From Eledone cirrhosa (taxonomy: Eukaryota): a stretch of 64,000 bases of DNA. Shown here one piece after another: positions 56,872-64,000 of this stretch (position 1 is its first letter; the number at the start of each line of letters is the position of its first letter). Under the pieces are notes generated by a model. It saw only the letters and a list, made by a program, of their open reading frames with translations. It was not told the origin of the DNA and did not search any database. A program made the position numbers and the translations under genes. Where the stretch lies: the NCBI GenBank assembly GCA_964016885.1, contig OZ024743.1:102982001-103046000 (forward strand). The letters run 5' to 3'.

Positions 56872-58879
56872 TCTAGTGATTTCGAAGCAAATTCTCTTTC
56901 TTGCTTCGAAATCACTAGACGCATCACTGATTCTTCGTTTTCCATTTTATCATACTCTACTCCAAAGGAGCATAGAGTGCTCAACCGGCATACTGCCTAT
57001 GGATGCATCCTAGCAACCATACGACATAAATATATATATAGAGAGAGAGAGAGAGCGAGAGGTGAATTGTACATGACTAGATCTGTTTCGTTCATTTGAA
57101 ATCATCAGTTGTTTTATATATATCCTCTTTCTTTTTTTTTACTCTTGCATTAGGGCTCAGTTCTTGAGATCTTTCTGTTATAGACTGATTAGGTGACCAT
57201 GACCTGCTCATATGTTCCAATTTTTACATTGCTTCAACAGCAGGGTGCCCTTTCAAACATGAACCCCACAACTATCATTTTATTCATATTCATCTGTTTT
57301 ATTTATATTATTCCATGTGTATCCAATTTAGAATAGGCACATTGTATCCCTGCATACAATAAGAAGCAACTAAAAGGTTTGGTGTCGGAAACGTAATCCA
57401 ACTGTGAAACCTTGTTTCAAAAAGTCCCTTCCAACCAGTGTTAGTACCATCTTACCAGGAAAAATAACTGGTAAACAGTGGTGATAATTATAAAAGTCAT
57501 TTAGTTGAATATTTTACCAGATATTACCTTCATTGTATTCTATCTGTCACTATTTATAAAGCAGTTTAATACCCTCTGTCTCTAGGCAGTCCTGTATACC
57601 TGTGACCTTGCTGTGTTATTTTTGTATATAAGTTGGTCTCAGGTTGTTGTTGTTCACCTGATCCAGATCAGTTTCCGCTCTCTGTAGAATGTCCTGTATA
57701 CCATACCAGTGACCTACTCTCTATAGGAAACCCTGTACATCAGGGACCCACTGTAATGTCTCCTGCATAGCAGCAACTTAGAACCATGTGGTCTCAGAGT
57801 TCACCTAACATAAAGTTTTACTTAGTAGGAAAGAGGACAGGTCCTTATTACCACCAAGGAAATGAATGTGCTTGATATGCAGAAAAAGAGTAGGTAGAAA
57901 TGCCTTACATGATCCTCGTGCAAACTATAGATATACAAGAGGCAGGGCAGAATTACAGGGATTACTAAAGATCACTTTATTTGTTGCTGTCACCACCACC
58001 ATCACCACCACCATCACCACCACCATCACTGGTTTAGCCTACATAGATGCATTGAATGGAGTTAAAATATACAGCATTTTTATATATAACTTAGTTAGAG
58101 GAGGGACGGGAACAATGCCCATAACCTATCGTGGTTTATGAGTTTTGTTAAGGTTGCTCACTTGTTTTGAATGCTTGCAACAGTGGACACTTGAGGAGGT
58201 GAAGGAGGATAAACTAGGTAATAAATTACGTTTACCCGTCGAAACAGGTTTGAAGCATTTGAGCTGGGATTAATTTTTCTTTTGTATACTTGTTGAAATT
58301 TCACACAATTACTCAACTATATAATGCAGGAGTGACACACAACACACCAGCTAGTTCATCTTTTGGAAAAAAAAGTAGAATAACAGCAACTTCTTTATTC
58401 ATGTGCTTGGACTGGAGAAAATTTAAGGACAGTGCATCTCCTGCTTTAATAACTTTTACTAATACATTTTTTCAAACTCATGCAGCATACTTCCTATGAA
58501 CTGAATGATCTTAAAGTAAGCGGCAAGGAAAGCTTTTATACTTTTTATGAATTATTGAAAGTTGTGAAAGCTGTTACATGAATAAATAATTGTTTCTACT
58601 TATGGCACAAGGCCAGCAATTACCTGGAAGGATGAAAGGCAAAGTTAACCTCGGCGGGATTTGAACTCAATTACATGAATAAATAATGTTACATGAATAA
58701 ATAATGTTTAATATTTCAGTTACATGATTTAATAATTCAGTTACATGAATAAATAATATATGTCTCACATGTATGGATTTTAATGTTAATATTTGCAGGT
58801 ATGGTGTATAACCAAATCAAACCTTAGTGTATTATGATATTTATCTAATTTATGAAAGGCAAAATTGAACTTAGAACAA

Positions 58880-59030
58880 TTCAATTTCAGAATGTAAAAA
58901 ACTGAATTTCAGAATGTAAAGAACAGAATACCAGAATGTAAAGAGTTGAATTTCAGTATGTAAAAATCAAAATTTCAGAATGTAAAGAGTTGAATTTCAG
59001 AATGGAAAGAGTAGAAATTCAAAATGTAAT
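58880..59030. repeat. ~20-bp tandem repeat (tgaatttcagaatgtaaaga)
   Basis: About 7 degenerate units visible. Confidence 0.8.
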
Positions 59031-59847
59031 GTTGCTGACTACTGCAGTGGACCCAGAATTTGTCCTTTGGAAATTTGAAACCAATAGCGCTAACTTTCAC
59101 AAAATGCATATCATCAGTGCTCTCATCATCGATTTTATGTTCACTTTTACACATGGCATAACATAAAAAAATAAAATAAATATAACAATAAAGGCTTTAA
59201 AGTGCTTGGTGTTAGTTAGGAAGGGCATCTAGCTGTAGAAACTATGCTCCCAGTACATGCTGTGAAGTGCTTACTATTAAGAAGCGCATCCAGTTGAAGA
59301 ATTATGCAAAAAACAGAGCATATGAGTAAGATATGCTCACCTGATCAGTCTAGCCTCAGTATATGACAGCCCGTCCACCCCATGCAAACACAGAAAGTAA
59401 ATGTTAAAAGGTGGTGATGATGATAAAATGCATATAGTTGAACATTTTAATGTTATTGTTGAATACTCTCCTGTTCCTTAGATATTGCCTGAACTTTATT
59501 CTATGTTTATATTTGTAACCCTTGAGGTGGGAAATTGAAGTCATTGCGAAATTGGATAGAATACTTTGCAGTATTTTTTCTGGATCTCCGTGTTCAAAAC
59601 CCACTGAAGTTAATTTTACATTTCATCCTTTTGAGCTCGATAAAAAAGTACCTGAAGAGGTGATGGGCTCCACCTGGTTCAAAATGCACTATGGCAGGCA
59701 CTCCTGGGACTCTATCAAGCATTGCAAGTTCGTTCATACATAGATTTGTAACCCTTGCTATTAGGGAAAACAAACATTAAATGATGATGATGACAATGAT
59801 ATTGTTGATGATGATTTTCATTATATTAATTAATTTATTTAATTTAG

Positions 59848-60265
59848 GTGATGTTTCGTAACTACCAGATGGGAGACAAACAGAAACCTATTGGCTTTGT
59901 GTGGTACATCAGCTCTATCAGCCCAGATGTGATAATAGTCAGTGATGAAGACATCCGAGGTCTGGTAATGTGTACACTCCAAGGAGAAGTTATTACTCAG
60001 TACAGTGACTATGGTTTCAACCCCAGTGGCCTTTGTCCTGATCCTTATCGAGGATGCATATATGCATCCAATGGAGAAGGGAACTGTGTGATACGACTAA
60101 CACCTGATCTCGAATATGATGGTGAAATTGTTGGAGCTGCACAAGGACTGCGTAATCCCTTTGTTGTTAGTCTCTCTTATGATGGAAGATTCCTTGTAGT
60201 TGCAGAAGATACATGGGATATTGGTGAAGATCTCCCGACTCCCATTAAAGTGTTCTCCTTACCAG
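59848..60265 (+). CDS. Host gene exon 2: NHL-like repeats
   Basis: Acceptor atttAG|, phase 0 matching exon 1. FNPSGLCPDPYRGCIYASNGEGNCVIRL and GLRNPFVVSLSYDGRFLVVAE are NHL-like blades. Donor cag|GTAAAA, phase 1. Confidence 0.82.
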
Positions 60266-60588
60266 GTAAAAGCACCATTTTTATTTAATTCCCACTACCC
60301 ACCTCTCAAATAATCACCTTATTCTATTCTTTTATATAATTCTATTGCTGCTTTTAGCCATTGAACTCTGGCCATGCTGGTGCACTTCATGAATTGGTTA
60401 TTTTCATCAATTATATATAAATCTCAGTAACTGTACACTGCTATTTATTTTATCACTGTCATTAAGAAAGGAAAAGTCAAATTTGGTATAAAAGTGAGGA
60501 AATCTAGTAGAATTAAATTAAAGAATTAAGTCATTTTTCCTTTTGTTTGACACATCCATTTTGTTCTGCACATCTATACATGTATATG

Positions 60589-60650
<62 letters not shown>

Positions 60651-61538
60651 CATATGTGTGTATAAATATATATATATACAGAAGACCTGACTTTCCACGG
60701 GAACAAGCCGAAGCTGAAGCATATAGACAATATGCCCCATCCCCTCCCACTGCATTATATATATAAAAACAAAATTAGTTTTCGCTCTTATCATGAGTGA
60801 ATAACAATAATATTATGATAATTGTTTCTACTTTTGGCACAAGGCCAGCAATTATCCCAGTGCATTACTGGTACTTTATTTTATCAACCCTGTATGGATG
60901 AAAGGCAAAGTTAACCTTGGCAGGATTTGAACTCAGATCGTAAAAGGCTGTAACTCTATGCTGCAAAGTATGGCGTTTGACTCTCAACCGATACTGCCAA
61001 TCCACCGCCTTTATGTATATTAATAATATTATGATAATACCATAATATTATTAATATTCAGTTTGTTTACAATAAACACCCTCATAAAACACCACGTGAT
61101 AGATGAATATTTTGTTCCAGCAGTAGCTGAGAGAAAACAATCAACAATATTGGTTCAGAGATTGCGTATTCTCCTGTCTGCCATCCACTGGAACTGCTGA
61201 GAATACACAGTTGCTGTGCCATTTTTTTTTTTTTTCAGTAAAATGACTATTTTCATTGAAAAATGTCACATCAATAATCTAGTAGCCCCATCTAGCTTTG
61301 AAGTATGAACTTTTGGAAACGAGTTCATAACTTTGAAGTTATGAACTGTGGGAAAGGAGTTCAAACATGTTAGGACGAGTTATCTCATCTATGGCACTGA
61401 AGAGGTTAACATGGAGGATACCTAAATGTATTTGTGAGACAATAATATTATAATAATATCATATTATTAATATTCAGTTTGTTTACAAAACATGAAACAC
61501 CATATGAGCCTCATGAAACACCATATGAGTGTATATGC

Positions 61539-61573
<35 letters not shown>

Positions 61574-61888
61574 TTCATTTACATATATATGTATATATAT
61601 GTATATGAATGTATATATATGCATATATATATATGTGTGTGTGTGTGACTGTGTGTATGTATATATATATATACATTTATGTTTTGTGGTTCACCAATGG
61701 ATAGAACTGGTCATTCCATTTAGTTAACCATGATATAATAGTAGGAAAAGCACTTTACATAACACCACTCATCCATCATTGACATTGAATCCTGTGGCTG
61801 GTGCAGGAAAGGAGTGAAATATTAATTTGATTAAAATAACAGGAGGCCAGACTGGTAGTATTCCTTTAAAGTTTTATTGTTGCAAAAA

Positions 61889-61946
61889 ATACTATATATA
61901 TTTCAATAGCCTGGTTATGTAAGATCCTGGCGACATCATCAGGTGT
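61889..61946 (-). ncRNA. Degenerate hammerhead-like motif, antisense in intron 2
   Basis: Reverse complement reads acac CTGATGA tgtcgcc..ggctatt GAAA t atat a TA gtat. Confidence 0.45.
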
Positions 61947-62130
61947 GTATTGCATAATTAGTTAATCAATAAAGAAATTACAGCAGAGAAAATATAGAAA
62001 ATATTTGATTTGGTGATGGCCCTCGGTTTTTTATTCTTTACAATTGGCCCCATTCCACATAAATTGAAGCTGAACTCCATCTATTTGGGAATATCTGTAA
62101 AGTCTAATGGTACTGGCAGCCCTTCCTTAA

Positions 62131-62358
62131 CCCTCTAGTTATCATATATTTAGTGAAAGACACTGTCTATGTCATTAAACCTTTTGAAAGGATTTAGTAA
62201 TAATATAACTAATTTCCTTGTTATTATGCTGCTGTTTAAAACATAATTTAACAAAGATTCTTACTTAAAATTATGATGGAAGGTTTTTTGATAAATGTAA
62301 ACACTTTAAAATAAACAGCTTTTTATCATAGAACCAGGAGCATTTGGTATGAAAAGGG
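62131..62358. mobile_element. piggyBac-type MITE candidate
   Basis: TTAA|CCCT...AGGG|TTAA termini (TTAA at 62127 and 62359). Confidence 0.55.
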
Positions 62359-62413
62359 TTAATTTATTTGTAACCAATCCATATTTAAAAGTTGGTTTCA
62401 TGTATTTTTCTAG

Positions 62414-62539
62414 ACAAGATGATGCCTCTGCAATACATCTGCCGAAGGAATATTCGTAAACTGCTGGGGCGTACACTTTTGTCAGCAGTTCCATTTCTTG
62501 GTTTACCAAAATGCTTACAGAATTATTTACTTTATGCAG
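62414..62539 (+). CDS. Host gene exon 3: SOCS box
   Basis: Acceptor ttttctAG|, phase 1 (g+ac = Asp). PLQYICRRNIRKLLG..V..LGLPKCLQNYLLY is a BC-box plus a Cul5-box-like LPxxL. Donor cag|GTAAGT at 62540; terminal exon not identified. Confidence 0.85.
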
Positions 62540-62929
62540 GTAAGTTAATCTTTTACGTACACATGCACACATACCCTTTCAACCACATGTATACAAACAT
62601 GAAAACAGTACTTGATACATATACTAGAGTTTGTTTATTCACAAACCTCAGAATAATGATAGAGTGTTTTATCAGCTTCAAATGAAATATCATCATCATC
62701 ATTTAACGTCCACTTTCCATGCAAGCATGGGTTAGACAAATATATATATATATATATATTGTCTATCCCAAGCAACTGTTTTGGCATCAGGCAGGGCATC
62801 GAGCTGTGAGACATTGTCTCTAATCATTGTGTCTAACGCCTGCCAGAATGGAAAAGTGGACATAAAAAGGATAGTGATGTGACGATATATATATGCAAAC
62901 TATGGGTATACAAATGATGTAGTGGAATC

Positions 62930-63862
62930 TCAGGTAGGTTAGCTAAGAATTTAGGTTTTACATGTGGCTGTTGCACAGGAGCTGTAAATAGAAAATGCTT
63001 ACAGGAGACAAGCTCTATCTAATTCTTGGATGGTTTGGCAGAAGCAGTAGACAACTTCTACTACCTGTGTGACCAAATAAGCAGTGTAGGTGGGTGTTCT
63101 GAAAGTACAGTAACCAGAGTGAGAATAGGATGGAAAAAGTTCAGGGAGCTACTACCACTATTAAAGGTTTTCCCTCAAAATGAAGGGCACATTTTATGTC
63201 TGTAATCGAACAGCGATGTTGCATGGTAGCGAGGCTTTGGAAAGAAATGAAGCTGGCATACTTCAACGGATGTGTAATACATGAATCGCAAAGCATAAAT
63301 GAACAGATAGAGAAACTAGGGAGATCAGATGCAGTGTTCAGAAGAGGAGATTGCATTGGTATGGACATGTGATGTGTATGAAGGATGACAGCTGTTTCAA
63401 ATGGGGCAGATCGCTCAAAGTTGATTTAACCCTTTAGCATTCACATTATTCTATATATACTATTATATTTTTATGGTAAAGGCTTTACCTCGCATAATTA
63501 TCTCACATAATATGGAATCTATGAGATTTTGAAAGTATTTATTTTGAGAACAATACCTTAAATCAATATGAGTGGCCAGTTACAGCCAGTTTCAACAGAA
63601 AGAGGTAGAGAATTCTGGCCAGTTTTGGCCGGTTTGAACATTAAAGGCTTAAGCTATGGAGTAGGAAAACCTAGAAAGACTTGGGATGAAGTGATAAAGG
63701 CTAACCTTGCACAATTGCACCTCTCAAAGGCAATGACACAAGCCCCGCCTACCCTCATGCATGGGTTGAAGCATGCATCTAGTATGCACCTTCATCCTAA
63801 CACATCATTAGATTTACCTCACTGTGCTAGCATGGGAAAATGGACGTTAAATAGTGATGATG
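62930..63862 (+). mobile_element. RTE-clade LINE 3' remnant interrupted by a TTAA MITE
   Basis: RIGWKKFRELLP, LHWYGHV and GKPRKTWDEVIK. (GAT)n-like tail near 63855. Confidence 0.7.
63430..63648. mobile_element. piggyBac-type MITE
   Basis: TTAA ccctttagcattca ... tgaacattaaaggc TTAA: imperfect TIRs, TTAA TSD, splits the RTE sequence. Confidence 0.65.
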
Positions 63863-64000
63863 ATACTTTATTTTATATAACCATACTTTATACATATACC
63901 ATGGATTTTTGTTAAATCACTAAGCTAATGGACCAAGTTATGAAAGTAACAGAAAGAGTTATAGCACAACTAATTAGGGAAAGAGTCAAATTAGAGGAGA

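Noticed and set aside
58880-59030. CRISPR-like short repeats (also 26186-26295 and 42130-42645)
   Set aside because: Tandem units without unique spacers, eukaryotic context and no cas genes.

Overview
AT-rich, microsatellite-dense animal genomic DNA. The SINE and LINE repertoire looks molluscan, probably a cephalopod such as Octopus; this is inference. About 50 kb is a nested set of mostly decayed retroelements: CRE-type and R4/Dong-type restriction-like-endonuclease LINEs, three Penelope-like elements (PLEs, two with long inverted pseudo-LTRs), RTE and Tx1/L1 fragments, internally deleted RTE derivatives, tRNA-SINEs, TTAA MITEs and a 3-kb (TA/TACA)n array. The one host gene I can support is on the + strand at 51560-62539. 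Its three in-phase exons encode an NHL-like beta-propeller followed by a C-terminal SOCS box. The most striking hidden signal is about ten type-I hammerhead-ribozyme motifs, many with palindromic 4-nt stem-III loops. They include a ~240-bp fold-back carrying a hammerhead on each strand (46274-46509) and a hammerhead-like fold at the 5' end of an R4/Dong LINE. All coordinates and RNA folds were read by eye, so element boundaries are approximate.
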